Positions 27,871-40,613 of a stretch of DNA of 64,000 nt are shown in pieces. The notes under the pieces were generated by a model. It was given only the letters and a program-made list of their open reading frames with translations. It had not been told where the DNA came from and did no database searches. The stretch is taken from NCBI GenBank assembly GCA_973895155.1, contig OZ316896.1, positions 14,067,542-14,131,541 of the forward strand. Reading direction: 5' to 3'. The position numbers and the translations under genes are program-made. How positions within the stretch are numbered: the stretch's first letter is position 1; each line of letters begins with the position of its first letter. Source of the stretch: Marsupella aquatica (lineage: Eukaryota > Plantae > Marchantiophyta).

Positions 27871-30800
27871 TATTTGTGCACTTCTTCATATGTGCATGGT
27901 CTGCACTATCCAATAACTGCATGGAAAATTGCTTTATATGCACTTATCCAGCTGCATTGTAGGGTCACACACATCAGATTCCTGAGCCCTTGTATTGCAC
28001 TATTCAATTGGACAAGTGCATGAAAGTACTTCCTGTAATTGTCCACTGCACTTATCAATAAATTTTGCCCTATATATACTTTGCCTTAACTAATAAATGA
28101 ATTTGAATTCTGATAGACTGAAATGTGCGTTACCTATTTGTTGTTCAGTGACGGTCAGCTATGTGTGCATTCACAAAGAAAAGAGCTGTAATTTAGGCCA
28201 CCACATACTTTTAGAGGTCAAGCCCAAATAATACTATAAGCCTTGGACTGGGTGGGCTATGCTATGCACCAAAATGGTTGCACCCCAATTGGATTCATCC
28301 CCAATAGCCTACCCTCACTTTCCAACCACTACTCGCTTCAATCTATGAGCAGCTCGTGTGGTATAGAAAAATATCTTGCCCACTTGGCCTGGAGCCAGAG
28401 CAAGAGGGCAAGTGGGAAGAATCCTTTCTTCAACTCTTTGCAATATTACGTTCCTCCATAATGATTACTCTGCCAATCCTATCCACAGAAAGAGTGATGC
28501 TCCAATGGGGATCCTCCTCAATGCATGCCCCCAACTCCCAACCCCTGTCTGTCATCCTCTATTGCCTCAAATGGCCATTGATCTTGCCTTTGGGTTTTGT
28601 CACATCGGAATGTTGCTCCTACTATACCTTTACATCATATTCATGAATTTTATAGTTTTTGAGGCAAAAAGTAGTTCCATTCTTGTTCCAAACAATTGGT
28701 TTCCGTAAAGTGCCAGAAAGCAGGTGAATCATTCCTTATTTTGACTCGGATATTCAGGGGGACTGTTAAGTTTTTGACCCAATATGAACTGCTGTGTCCA
28801 AATAAGGGGCGAAATTCCATTCATGCCTCCGGAAGTGGCTTTATGTACCGTATGTCACCCTGAGTTCATGTGTCAAACTTTGCATGTGCGCGCTGCCATA
28901 GGGGCTTTGAGAATGCGAGTGCTGACATAGAGACTTCGAGAACGTGGTGCTGTCATAGAGGCTTTGAGATCGAGAGAATATGTATGCTGTGTGTGGCTCT
29001 GGATTTGTTTCTCATGATCTTTGCTAAACTGCCAAAGCAACTGGGCAGAGCTCTGTCTTTGCTCAATCCTCAACATTTGCCCTTGAGTTTCTCATTGTTT
29101 CTAGAAAATCTCTTTTAATGTTTTCAGTGCAAACCATGCGAAATTCACAGTAGCTTGGAGCTTGCCCTGACTGATTTGTGCTGCTCCACTTCAATAGAAG
29201 CTGCTGTTGCTCAGCATGTCTATGTCCTTGCTCAACTTGCAATTTAGAGATGCAAAACTCAACCTCAGTTCTGTTGAGTTAATAGGTCTCAAAGGAAGCT
29301 TTAGGGTTACACTTTTCTGGGCTTAAGTAACCTGACTTTTTGGAGTTTCACCCTCTACATATACTTATAACTCTAATGTAGGAAAAGAGGAGATCAACAC
29401 ATACTTAGAGGATTTAAGCACCTATGAGTAGGTTGTATTTGTAATTTATTTCCTGAGAAAATTGTTATGTAATTGTTGATTTAGCATACCCTGAAATATC
29501 AATATTAGCTTAATAAATTTGCATAGGCTAGGATCAGGCCATTTTCCAATTTTCCAATTTCTTTTAATTCTAACACAGCTTTAGGTAAAATTGACTGTGC
29601 ATAAGATGTACCTACAGTGAAAACCAGCTAGAGACAGAAAAAAAATCTGTAGTAACATTCCTTAGGTAGTTAATATTTTTTCTGGTTGCCTTGAAAACCA
29701 ATTGGAGAAGCATGTTAGCATTTGCTTACAAATGTTAACACATATTTGCAGGTTACTAAATGCCTATTACTAGACTACTATACAGAATTGCTCAATGCTC
29801 ATCCATGTGTAGAAGATTTTGAGGTGAGGTAAAGAAATGGCCTGGAAGTAAGTCAAGGAAGTTGTTGAGGCACCTTATGTCTTGCTGCAGCCATTGTGTT
29901 ATTAGGGCCATGTGGCAATGCAATGCCCGTGTGTTGCACAATTGTCATTACAACCATGTTTTTGTGGCAACCATGCAAGTGCAAGACAGGCACAACTCTA
30001 GGTGGAAGTTGACATTTCCCCCTTGTGGACTTCCCTCCCCTTTCTATTGCCCCTCCCTTGCTTGCCCCCCTCGCACCACTCTCCCGGCTTTCCTTCACCT
30101 CACCTCCTGGCCCGCCCTCCACACCCAGTTGAGGATGTACTCCTCACCTCGGGTGGCAAGCAGGTACAGTCCTTGCTCACCCAAGTGCTCGCTGTGGTGT
30201 GAACCTACTCCTCCTTGGCCACCGTGTGCCTCCACAGAGGCACCTTGCAAGGTAGTCCTTGCCCACTATGCGCAGGGACAGTACTCCTCACCTTGTGGGC
30301 AAAGATGCTCCCGGCCGCCCAAGGCAGAGAGGGACTGTCCTTGCCATCTGTGGCAAGGCACAGGTCATGGGCAGGTGCAGGTTGAGGGTGAGGCTTGGCA
30401 TGAAGGGTGACAAGCATGGATTTTGGCCAATTGAAGGTCAGAAAGCTTGGCCCTTACATCAAACAGTTGCAGTTCAATCCCGCCCAATTTTGCTTCTCTA
30501 GTTAGACAATGCCAAGAAATGGGCAGGATTGTTTGTTAAAGTGTTTTATAGATTATTTTGATTTTAATAATAGCTGAACATTGTGCACAAAAGGGCTTTT
30601 CTGATACTAACCATTCTAACTAGAGTTTAATCTCTGGATCCTAATGCTACACACAAGGTGCATATTATTTGTTCTTAAGCCAATATATACCAGGTCTGTG
30701 ACAAATGATGGTTTTTTTTGCCCTTGAAACCCAAAGCTGACCCATCCAACTGAGTATGGACGATCAACTCCACAGCCTGTGCCTCTGCATGGTAGCCCAC

Positions 30801-30899
30801 ATTCAAGGGGGTCATAGCCAGGGATCCGACAAGGACAAAGACCAGAAGGGAGAGAGGGTTGAACCAGAGCCCCAATGCAGATCAGCAAGGGGCTGAAGG

Positions 30900-31032
30900 G
30901 AAACCAGGACTCCCACCACTACAGCCGACCCACCCACACACACACACTCCACAACCTTTGCATGTGGAGTGAGGATTGAACTTGAGACCTGATGGTTCAA
31001 GGCTAATCCCCTGGCCAACTAATTAAAGCCAC
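30900..31032 (-). mobile_element. tRNA-like SINE head followed by a (TG)n tract
   Basis: Minus strand GGCTTTAATTAGTTGGCCAGGGGATTAGCCTTGAACCATCAGGTCTCAAGTTCAATCCTC, similar to 11925-11995. Confidence 0.45.
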
Positions 31033-31547
31033 TTTTGATCACAAGAATACCTAACTAATATTTTCCTCCTCTTTAGTTTGTGCTTTTCACTTTCCCTCAG
31101 TGCATTTTGTATCATATCGGGCCCATACTTTCTTTGCATATCCCAAAATATGGCAGTATTATTCCAATGACCCTACACTAAAATACAGGAACAAGTTTTG
31201 CCATCCTACCATTCTTGACGTCCCTTACTATAGTTTGTCAACAATTTTAAATTTAATCTACAATACAAATTGAACCACTACTCCTAGTTGAAACCTAAAC
31301 ATTTATCCTTTTGGATATAAAAATGTCTTGATAGTGCCAGATGGACTTTCAACATGTGTCATGTGGACAGTCATGTTAAGCCATGTCACAACCAAGATAC
31401 ATACTGATAATGGGTTTCATTTGAGAAAATGCACATCTTACTATATAATAGCAAACACAAGCTACTTTTAAGGGCTACGGTCTAGAGTGAAACTTCTAGA
31501 GTGTAACTCAAATAAGACAAAATGTATAATGACTCTGAATAAGACAA

Positions 31548-31891
31548 TATTAGATATTGCTCTAGTCTTGTGATTCATGAGCTAACCACAGTTAGGCTAA
31601 CTCGGGTTAGGACCTAGCTAATGTTAGCGGTAGTGCTGTTGTGTATTAAGCCAGGGCTGATGCCAGACCTTGGGGGAACTTAGGCTCATTGTTACGGAGT
31701 TAGTTGAGAGATAGGGAGAGCTTGTGTTGTGGATGCTTGGTATGGCCGGTTGGCCTAGAGTGTAGTAAAGCTCTTGTGTGTTCCCGTGGACGTAGCCTCA
31801 TGTGGAGGTGAACCACGTATCTCTCTGTGTCGACTCTTGTACGTTGGATGGTTCATGGGCTTGCAGTTGCGAATGTCGTTTATGCTCAACA
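31548..31891. mobile_element. Solo LTR (344 bp), inverted relative to 12662-13005, TSD GACAA
   Basis: Reverse complement of the first solo LTR with scattered substitutions. Ends TATTAGAT (TG>TA) ... CTCAACA; GACAA on both flanks. Confidence 0.9.
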
Positions 31892-32973
31892 GACAAATCT
31901 AAAAGGTGTACAAAAAATAAGTATGCAGAAATAACACAAAAGAGTATAGATTTCTTCTTTCCAATTGTTTTGTTTTCAATTCTATTTACATCCAAGGAAC
32001 GGATAGTCAGGCACCTAGTAGAACCCAATCCCCAAACAATAACTTTATCCTATTTGAACTAAAAATCATAATTACAAATGTCTTCTTTTTGGTTTAAGAT
32101 CCATTATATGGTTTTTTCAAGGAGATTTGTTCATTCTTCTTCTTTCTCTTTTCCAACAGTTTGCTCATTTTGCTAATCAATACAGTTTTCCAATCTCTCT
32201 CGTAGTGCAAACACCTATTGGTATGTGAATTCCCCAACGCGCACTAAAGCAACAAATCTTCAATCTTACTGATAAATTGTGAACAAAACCTACAGTTGGG
32301 GTCTAGGCTTCTAGAGTGAAGCCTCTAGACCCTAACCCTTAGGGTCCACCAATTGGAAAGAAGGATGGGACATTAGTATCTCAAAACAGATAAGCATACA
32401 TTATGATATTCAAAAAATGTGCACTCAGGCTCGTCTCCAGGAAGCAACAGGTGGGTACAGTGGCAAATAAGAAGTTTCTCCATGAACTTCTGATGAGTCA
32501 CTTCCGTGCCACAAGAGAGGAGAGAAGTAGTCCACTCTACCATCAATCACGAAGGTACTACTTGCAACTAGGCAATGCCGCGATACTCAACGGAGAATGA
32601 TCCATGAATGTTCTTAGAACACCCCGATTAGAATTCGAGTCCACATGAAGCAAGACCAAGTATAAAGACACGAGAAGATCATTCGGTCCATACAAAGTTG
32701 TTCAATTATCTCCATGCCCATCAGGTAGGCTTTCTTGTTGCTCCAAAGGGTTTTGAGTGTTGAAATTGTCTCTGGTTAGTGAGTTTCCGCACTGGTATGA
32801 GACTTGTTTTCTCGAGAACTCTCCAGAATTCTGTATCTATTCTTTACACGTTTTGTGACGTTGTGTCCTGGTTCTCTGTTTGGTGTCCTGTGTACTTCTG
32901 CAGTCGAATCTATCGTCACCGTGTCGTCGTTGAGCGATCTGTCGATCCACTTCTTTGGTGTTCTTTTTACGAA

Positions 32974-33080
32974 CGCGCATAGGTGATACTTTGTTCTTGA
33001 GTTGATTTCTGTTTCTATGTGTTTTTGGCGCACAGGTGATACGTTGTTCTTGAGTTCATTTCTGTTTCTATCTGTTTTGG
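32974..33080. repeat. ~54-bp tandem duplication
   Basis: GCGCA.AGGTGATAC.TTGTTCTTGAGTT.ATTTCTGTTTCTAT.TGTTTT occurs twice. Confidence 0.85.
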
Positions 33081-33527
33081 TACCGAACGACTGTCTTCGC
33101 AATTCATCTAGATTTTGTAGCCCCAGTCCGCCATGGAATGCTTCGCGGCGGAGCTGTTAGATACACATGCGTACTTGGCCTTGCCCAGATAATTGGAGAT
33201 AGGGTGTGGGAGATTTGTGAATTGCATGAAGGGACGCAGTGAAATATGACTGAACAGCCGGTAACTGAGCTATGGCGGATTGAAACAGTGTCCTTGGATG
33301 GAAGGCTGAGTGACTGATTGGAACCCGGCAATTCGATAGAGGACGTACTGAGTGACTGATTGTCACTCGCAATTTGATGAAAACATTAGTGAGGGACTGA
33401 TGTGATGAAATTAGTGACCGAATTTGGTGCAGGTGAATATTTCCATTCGCCAAACCTTGGCGGGTGTGTATTTCGTGCAGAGATTTGTTGCGAAAATCAG
33501 AAAGCTTCTCGTCGAACGGAAGAGGAA

Positions 33528-34358
33528 ATGGCGGTGACAGCGACATGGAACGGCAAGGTGATTGCGGCCACGGACGCATACGAGACAGTGGAAGGAAATG
33601 TGTACTTCCCTCCGTCGGCTTTGAAACAAGAGTATGTAAAGCCGAGCTCCACGAAAACCACTTGTAGTTGGAAAGGCGTTGCCTCCTACTACAACATCGA
33701 AGTGGACGGTAAGACGAACAAGGATGCTGCTTGGTACTACCCTGACCCGAAACCTGCTGCTGCCAACATCAAGGTGAACAGCCCTTCGACGCTAGCTCTA
33801 TCGCTGTTGACGACGTTTGTTTGTCTGTTCCTTTGACATTGAGTTTCGATTCACTTGATCGAGTATCGAGCTTCGATATTAGCTTGAAGGACATCTGGTT
33901 TTGATTAGCTGACTCCATGAAGTATCTGTGTAGGGGTCGATCCCTCCTTGCGATATTTTGCCTTGTCCTTTGAAGTCCGTGGTCTTTTTACTCTAGATTT
34001 CATACTCCTCGCAGCTAGGGTAAAGAGCCGGTCAATTCCATCCTTCCTTCGGGAATTATGGACCGCATAGTCCATTGATTTGTACATACATTTTCACAAT
34101 TATGGCGACAGCAGACTTAGTAACTGGATCGAAAAGTATGATAATTGTTTGAATGATGAAATATAAGCAACTCGCGGACAGCGGGCATGTTGGCATGAAC
34201 CGAAAGACTGTCGATATAATGCTTTTAAAGATTTCAAGTCTAATGTCAGAAGTTATGTGAATAAGCTGGACGATGACCTTTGAACTCCCTTTTGCTGGGA
34301 TTTGCAGGGCTATATTGCATTCTGGAAACAAGTGGAGATCAAGAAACCGTCGAAGTAA
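33528..34358 (+). CDS. DUF427 domain protein (98 aa), 2 exons (33528-33773, 34308-34358)
   Basis: MAVTATWNGKVIAATDAYETVEGNVYFPPSAL...TTCSWKGVASYYNIEVDGKTNKDAAWYYPDPKPAAANIK|GYIAFWKQVEIKKPSK*. Typical DUF427 motifs (EGN.YFP, C.WKG.ASYY, AAWYYP.PK, IKG.IAFW); phase-0 AAG|GT ... TTGCAG|GGC intron. Confidence 0.93.
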
Positions 34359-35305
34359 ATGGAATAGGAGGGCACAGCCAGTGAACAGCAGTGTTTGTTT
34401 TATTAGAGTTCAATCTGTAAAGATAGCTAAACCAGGATTTAAGACAGCTAGGATTGCAATAGGTACGTCTAATAAAACAGGCACTTGGATGGGACAGACG
34501 TGAGAAGCTAAATGTAGACATATTCAGGAAGTGTTTTTCATTAGCTAAACTTTGAGCAAATCATCAAGTTCACTCTTGATTCAATGTGTCGAGGAAATTT
34601 ATTTCCTTCGACAAACTTGGGAGTAAATCAGCAAGATCAGCCTCGAATCGCTTTGCTCTTATGTCCCTTCCCGCATTGTTGAGGGTTCAGCAGGTCCAGT
34701 GTGTGTCCTGATTTCATTCTGAGTGGGTTTGGACATGGTTCTTTTCTATAGCGTAATGTGGGGTTCGCTGTGTATCATTGCTCCAGATCATTCAGTTCTG
34801 TTCTTTGGAAAATCTATTAAGGGTTTTTGTTAGAGGGCAAGTTTGTGCAATAGCCTTTTTGGTTGACTCTCGTAAACTTAGATGACATGATACTCTGACT
34901 GGAAATAAGAAAGAAGAAGCACTTCCACCTGAAGTTCATTTGGCTGTCCCTCTTCTAAAGCACAAAGAGTGGCGTTCGCATGGATGAAGAAGCGAGAGCT
35001 CAAAGATAGGATCCCAGGCCTAGATGGGAAACCAGGGAGCTTGCAAGGGGGGATTTTGGCATATAACCAGGGTCTCGGCAAAGACAATTTCTACTGTATC
35101 TGTGATTCTGAAGGAAAGGGCACACGATAAACACAGTTTTATGTGTAGATGTGTTTCATGATGATGATGGCGCTCATGTCGCTGGAAGAGCACCTACGGG
35201 TCCGCCATCCAGTTCTGAGAAGCGAGATAATAGTTTATCCTTGGAACTCAGCAATTCTGGAACAGCGTCAAGTGCACAGAATGCCCAGCCTGATGTCGTG
35301 ACAGT

Positions 35306-36180
35306 GTCCAGGTAGTTCAGGCCAGGCTGCTGGTACTGTCATTGTGTGCCCTACAAGCATTTTGAGACGGTGGGCAACCGACATCAAAGAGAAGGTCACG
35401 GAAAAGGCCAGGTAGCAACAGGACTAAAGATTCAAGTACGATGTTGTTCTTACCACGTATTCGATTGTTAGTATGGAGGTTCCTAACCAGCCAGAGGAGA
35501 CGGATAAGGAAAGCAGATCTCTCATGGTGGTGAAAATGATCAATCCTTGCCCCCGGCCGTATGGCCTCGAAGTCCCAAAAACCGAAAAAAGAAAATGGGA
35601 AGAAGGGTCGACGAAACGGACAAGGAAGGCTTGTCGAAGGAGAACCGGTCCTTTGGCAAGGGTAAATTGTTTTAGAGTTGTTCTGGATGAGGCCCAAAGT
35701 ATAAAGAATGCTAGGACAAAGTGTGCCCGGGCCACATGGGATCTAAGAAGCAAAGGGAGATGGTGTGTAAGTGGGACCTCTGCCATTGATGATCATACAG
35801 TCATTTCCACTTTCTGAGATATTCTCCTTTTGATTCTTACAAGATGTTCCGGGAATTGATAAAAGAACCAGTAACTCGGAGTCCCACTCAGGGCTATGCA
35901 GATTTACTCAGATTACTTACTGCGGTCATGTTTAGACGCACGAACGCTTCTAAGATTGACGGGCAACCAAGTGTGAACTTACCTGAAAGGATACTTAAGC
36001 TAAAGCAGGCGGAATCTAGTGATGAAGAGCGTGCTTTCTACAATGATCTGGAAAATGAGTCTCGGAAACAGCTCCAGGACTACGCTGCAGCTGGGACCTT
36101 GCAGAGCACCTCTGTAAATATCTTATGGATGATTCTGCGGTTACGATAGGATTGTGATCATCCTCTTCTGGTCAAAGGTA
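35306..36180 (+). pseudogene. SNF2-family (RAD5/16-Ris1-like, CHR27/CHR28-type) helicase fragment, intronless pseudogene
   Basis: AAGTVIVCPTSILRRWATDIKEKV (motif Ia), KYDVVLTTYSIVSMEVP, FRVVLDEAQSIKNART (Walker B), RWCVSGT (motif III), VMFRRT, EERAFYNDLE, NILWMILRLR*DCDHPLLV. Deletions, frameshifts and an in-frame stop. Confidence 0.88.
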
Positions 36181-36837
36181 GCCATGCTCAGAGAGAGATT
36201 TGCTTGGTGGTACTTCGAATTGCCAACTTAATCAGTCCCCAAAAGTCCAAAATGGTCCGGTGGGACCTCAAACATATGTTGGAGTGGGTTTACTAAGAAA
36301 TTGTCGGGCCCGACAATGCTCGCCTCACAGCGTAGGACCCATCAGTATAAACGATCCTCACAAACTCGCAGCCCAGCCCAGCCCAGAGCACAGCTTCAAT
36401 GCACAACTTCGACTCCCCGCAATCCAGGAGAATGTATCAACATTGCGTCCTCTGCATCACTCCCAACGAGCGTGGATCCTCTCCTCTAAGTGCAGCGCAG
36501 CTTTGACCCCCTGCAATCCAGCACAATGTATGCACATTGGGTTGAATATGGCACCAGACTTTCGCTTGGGAAATCCTGGGCCCTGCCTCCCATGAGCATT
36601 GCAGTGGGGGTCCTATTTGGTACACAGGAAGTTGTGCCTGCTCTCACCCCCAAGGTCAAATTTTGCCGTTTGCACCTGGGTAAGGTGTCAGAGATCTACA
36701 TGGCCCGGCAATTTCTCAGTAAACACATACTTTTGAGGTTCCACGGGGCCATTTTGGACTTTTGGGGACTTGTTAAGTCCACAACTTTCATTTGAGGTCC
36801 AACCAAGCAAATCTCTCCATGATCAGAGTACACAAAA

Positions 36838-37038
36838 AGTTAGTTTTGGACTCAGCAAAGAAGCTATCTGTGGAGAAATGGCAGTACCTGTTTTCACTTC
36901 TGGAAGGAAACAGGGACATTAGATATTCCAGATGAGGCAGTTAGTTTGGACTCAGCAAAGAAGCTATCTGTGGAGAAATGGCAGTACCTGTTGTCACTTC
37001 TGGAAGGAACAGGGACATTAGATATTCCAGATGAGGCT
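36838..37038. repeat. ~100-bp near-perfect tandem duplication
   Basis: AGTTAGTTT(T)GGACTCAGCAAAGAAGCTATCTGTGGAGAAATGGCAGTACCTG...AGATATTCCAGATGAGGC occurs twice. Confidence 0.92.
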
Positions 37039-37064
37039 ATGGCTTGTGTCTATATGCACATTTA

Positions 37065-37335
37065 TTTGGGTGTCTCAAGCTTTGACATTATGGTTGAGGG
37101 CATTAGACCATAAGAAAATGGTCATACCTTTTTCACAATTATGTAACAGGTTTTTTTTGTTTTCTGTGTCACCAGCCTCTACTTACAGTGATTGATGGTA
37201 CTTGCATAAGACCAATCCGTATGGCAAAAAGTTATGGAATATGAATTTCATAGGCTGTAACTTTTTGTGGTCCATAACCCATAACTAGGGAGTTAAGCTC
37301 CATCAAATTATCAGCTTTGAGATGTCCTATTGTAG
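37065..37335. repeat. Dispersed repeat; inverted homolog at ~61710-62010
   Basis: GGGAGTTAAG.TCCATCAAATT.TCAGCTT, TAAGACCAATCC.TATGGCAAAA and TGTCACCAGCCTCTAC all occur as reverse complements at 61710-62010. Confidence 0.8.
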
Positions 37336-39626
37336 ACAATGTATCTGGGACCAACTTGCCACTGGAGATGGTTCCTGCTGTCTGGAGATGGTTCCTGCTG
37401 TCCAGTTCCTAGATGTATAAAGTTTTTGAACACATCCTTGGTATTTACTTTGGCTTCCATGAGGGGGGTGAGGGAATCAGCGGGGAAATCTCATTGCTTG
37501 AAGAACCTTGCAAAGGGAGGCCTGTAGTACCGGATATGTGGGTTGGAAATCTTCCTCAAAGATCAATGTTGTGATTTGTACATTTAACTTTTCCACCTGG
37601 TCCACTAAACTCTGACCTGTAAACCTGACAGCTTGTTTCGATTAATAGAGGGTACATATTACAAATAAAGACTTAACACTAAAAAAATTTCACATGAGTC
37701 AACTGAAAACCTGGTAGCATAGGTGGTCCTGCAAATTAGCATGAAGTCTCTATATGGCTCATATAACTAAACAGGCTGCAAACTGTAAGCAGGATACAAG
37801 TCACATTTAGTCAAAAGTGTAAACCTTGCTATCCAAGTTTATTGTGTACCATGAAGGATAAGTTCATTTTATTGGTTCTAAGGGAAAACTTAAGAATTTT
37901 CTCACAAGAACAATAAGGTCTTATAAATACAATTTTAGAAATTATAAGAAAATTAGAGTCTATTTAATCCAAATTTTGGAATATTTCACCTTATAGGGGT
38001 TTAATTTTTAAAAAAATTCTTCCATTTTAGGGGTTCCGAAGCCTAAAAACATTGCAGGTGATGGGGAGGCTTCTATATAGTGAGACTCTTGAGTATGTAC
38101 ATAAGCAAGTGGTTGTTTGTGAGAAGAAACTTAGGTTCATTGTTACGGAAGCAAATGAGAGATGGGGCCGAAAGAGCTTATCTTGTGCAGACTTGTTATG
38201 GCCAACAAGCTTAGAGCACACTAAAGTTCTTGTATGGTCATGTAGACATAGCTTCATCAAAGGTGAACCATATATATATAGTGTAGACTACTTGTTCTTT
38301 TGATATCACATGTGCATGCTATTGCAAGTTGCATCTTTGCTCACCAGTTATTGTACTCTCCTTCATTGGCGATTCTTGTGCAACCAAGGTGCTTTGTGCT
38401 CAAGGGGTTGACTATCAAAAATCTTAAAAATCACGTGTGATCCAAAATAGGTATTTTTGGTGAAAATTAACTAATTATTTTAAAAGTGTAGAAGACAAAA
38501 GAAGGTATTATAAACTCATGTTTATAAAATATTTTATAATATATACCTTTTATAGAATAAAATAAGTTATTAATATTGAAAATGAATAATATTTTTAGAA
38601 TATTTTTTTAATAAAATATGTCTATTTATATTAGGCTAGGATCGCAAGTGGTACCCTAAAATATACACTTGGTTAACCCCTAAGGTTTTGTGGTTTTCCA
38701 TTTGTCTTTCAATGTAAGGGAATATGTAACTGCTGCACTAGTAGGAGATTGGTTTTCTCATTTTCTTTTCACCACTCTTTTTCAAGTTTGTACACCTTTT
38801 GTGACCTATGTTGGTTTTGTTTGGGTATCCTAAACCACTACTGTAGCTTGCAGTCAAATACATATTAATTTTGTCACCTTTTCTTCAAAAAGCAATCTAG
38901 CCATCTACTTCTTTCCAGACTTCTTTGGTGTTTGTAGAGTACAATTTGGTGGTTTTGACGAATGGCACAAGTGATATGCTTGGTGAAATGATATTCTATT
39001 CTTGAATTCTTCTCTTTTTCCATTTGTTTTGGTACCTTCTTGTTGTTTCATTGCTCAACGACTTACTTCTGGTCTATTCTGGTATATAAAGGGAAAAATG
39101 GTGGTTCTGGTCTACTCTGGTATATAAAGGGAAAAATGGATTTGTTTTTTCTTTCCATAACTTCTAGGGGCGCTCTAGACCCTAGAAAATAGCTTTGCAT
39201 TAGGCCTTTTTACTAGTAACATATGTGCTCCTTGAAATGGAAGCAATGTGTCCAAACAACCCTTAAATCGCATGAGGAGATCTTTATCTTTTCAACCCAT
39301 CAACATGTGTGGTGGAGGGTCTCGATTAAGTCTCACTTTCATGAGCTTATATGGACAACCGCTTGCTCGTCGTATGAAACTAAGCTGCTTCTCAGAACGC
39401 CCTATGAGTACCATGTCTCACTAGAGTGGGGTTTCTACATTGCCATCTCAGGTCCTAAGCATGAATTTCGCCGGCCATAGTTCCGAAGGGGAAACATTGA
39501 AACAATGATCTCACGTAATTGCTATGCGACATGTATCACCGGGTAGCCTAAGTGAAGGTTCCTCAAGATAGATCCCGAGCTTATTTCGAAGAAAGTTGCG
39601 AGGTTCAGCCTGTCTTTCAATTAAGC

Positions 39627-40613
39627 TCATGCTTTCGAATTGAATCGGTGACGGTCATGCGGTGCGGAGTAGTCGATCTCCTGGCCCACGGCTACAATGC
39701 CATAAGGATTAATATGGACATGACTCTCATAGTAGCTATGCCGAATGTGCCACATGTTCACCGTCTCACCAATGCCTGGAATCTGAAACAAATCCTTTGT
39801 GTAGTTGAACAAATTAGGGTACTCTCGAATGAACTTCTTGTTGCACTTGAAATGCACCACATACACGGCGTCGAAGCGGATGAGCGTCATGAACAACCGA
39901 ACATCAGCCTGTGTCAATTCGTCCCCCGCAATGTACCGCTGCTTCGACAAAATCTCCTCGCACTTGTCTAGCGCTGCAAATAGCGCGTGAAACGCCGCTT
40001 CGTAGGGCTCCTGCTTGGTCGAGAATCCGCACTTGTAAACGCCGATGTTGATGTCAGTGAACAACCAGCTGTTGACATCCTCGATGGCGGCCTTCAAGTG
40101 CTCCGGGTACAGGTTCACCTCAGGATGCTTGGCTATGCCGTCGTTGAACTCGTCGTTCAACATCTTCATAATGTCTGGGCTTTCGTTGTTCACAATTTGC
40201 CTTGTCTTCGAGTCCCAAAGGACGGGAACGGAGAATCGGCCTGCGTAGTTTGGATTTGAGATTTCGTAGAGCTCCCGGATGGTGTTGGCGTGGTTGAGAG
40301 GGTCGGTTGTGGCACCAGTATCGTCGTTCTCGCCGGGAGTGAGAAGTATCCACCCACGGTGGTCGTCAACGGTTGGCTTTGTGGAGGCCATTGTGGCCTT
40401 GGTGACAGAAATGTCGATGGCGTGGCGGAGGCCCTTGAGGTTGAGGAGCGCGAGACAGCGGGAGGCAAAGGGGCACGCATAGGAAATGTAGAGGTGGTAG
40501 CGGCCTGCTTCGGGAGGAAACTGTGCACCTGGCTCTCGGGAGATGAAGTGGCGGAACTGCGCTTCCTGTGGCTTGAATGTGCCATCCTTCGACGCGGGAA
40601 CTAAATTTGCCAT
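39627..40613 (-). CDS. Glutathionyl-hydroquinone reductase (GHR / Xi-class GST, ECM4/YqjG-like), intronless CDS
   Basis: FPPEAGRYHLYISYACPFASRC, YAGRFSVPVLWD, IVNNESPDI, GVYKCGF, LIRFDAVYVVHFKCNKK, HIRHSYYESH.INPYGIV. ATG at 40613 (the ORF track starts at an upstream GTG). Probable 5'-UTR intron ~40633-40742. Confidence 0.96.
   Translation of the reverse strand: MANLVPASKDGTFKPQEAQFRHFISREPGAQFPPEAGRYHLYISYACPFASRCLALLNLKGLRHAIDISVTKATMASTKPTVDDHRGWILLTPGENDDTGATTDPLNHANTIRELYEISNPNYAGRFSVPVLWDSKTRQIVNNESPDIMKMLNDEFNDGIAKHPEVNLYPEHLKAAIEDVNSWLFTDINIGVYKCGFSTKQEPYEAAFHALFAALDKCEEILSKQRYIAGDELTQADVRLFMTLIRFDAVYVVHFKCNKKFIREYPNLFNYTKDLFQIPGIGETVNMWHIRHSYYESHVHINPYGIVAVGQEIDYSAPHDRHRFNSKA

Noticed and set aside
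26702-27962. ORFs up to 203 aa over the 56-bp array; CRISPR-like periodicity
   Set aside because: The unit is not a multiple of 3, peptides recur across frames, and there are no spacers: a minisatellite artefact.
33402-33836. 144-aa single-exon model of the DUF427 gene with a hydrophobic C-terminus
   Set aside because: The tail is intron read-through; the conserved GYIAFW end lies in exon 2 at 34308-34358.
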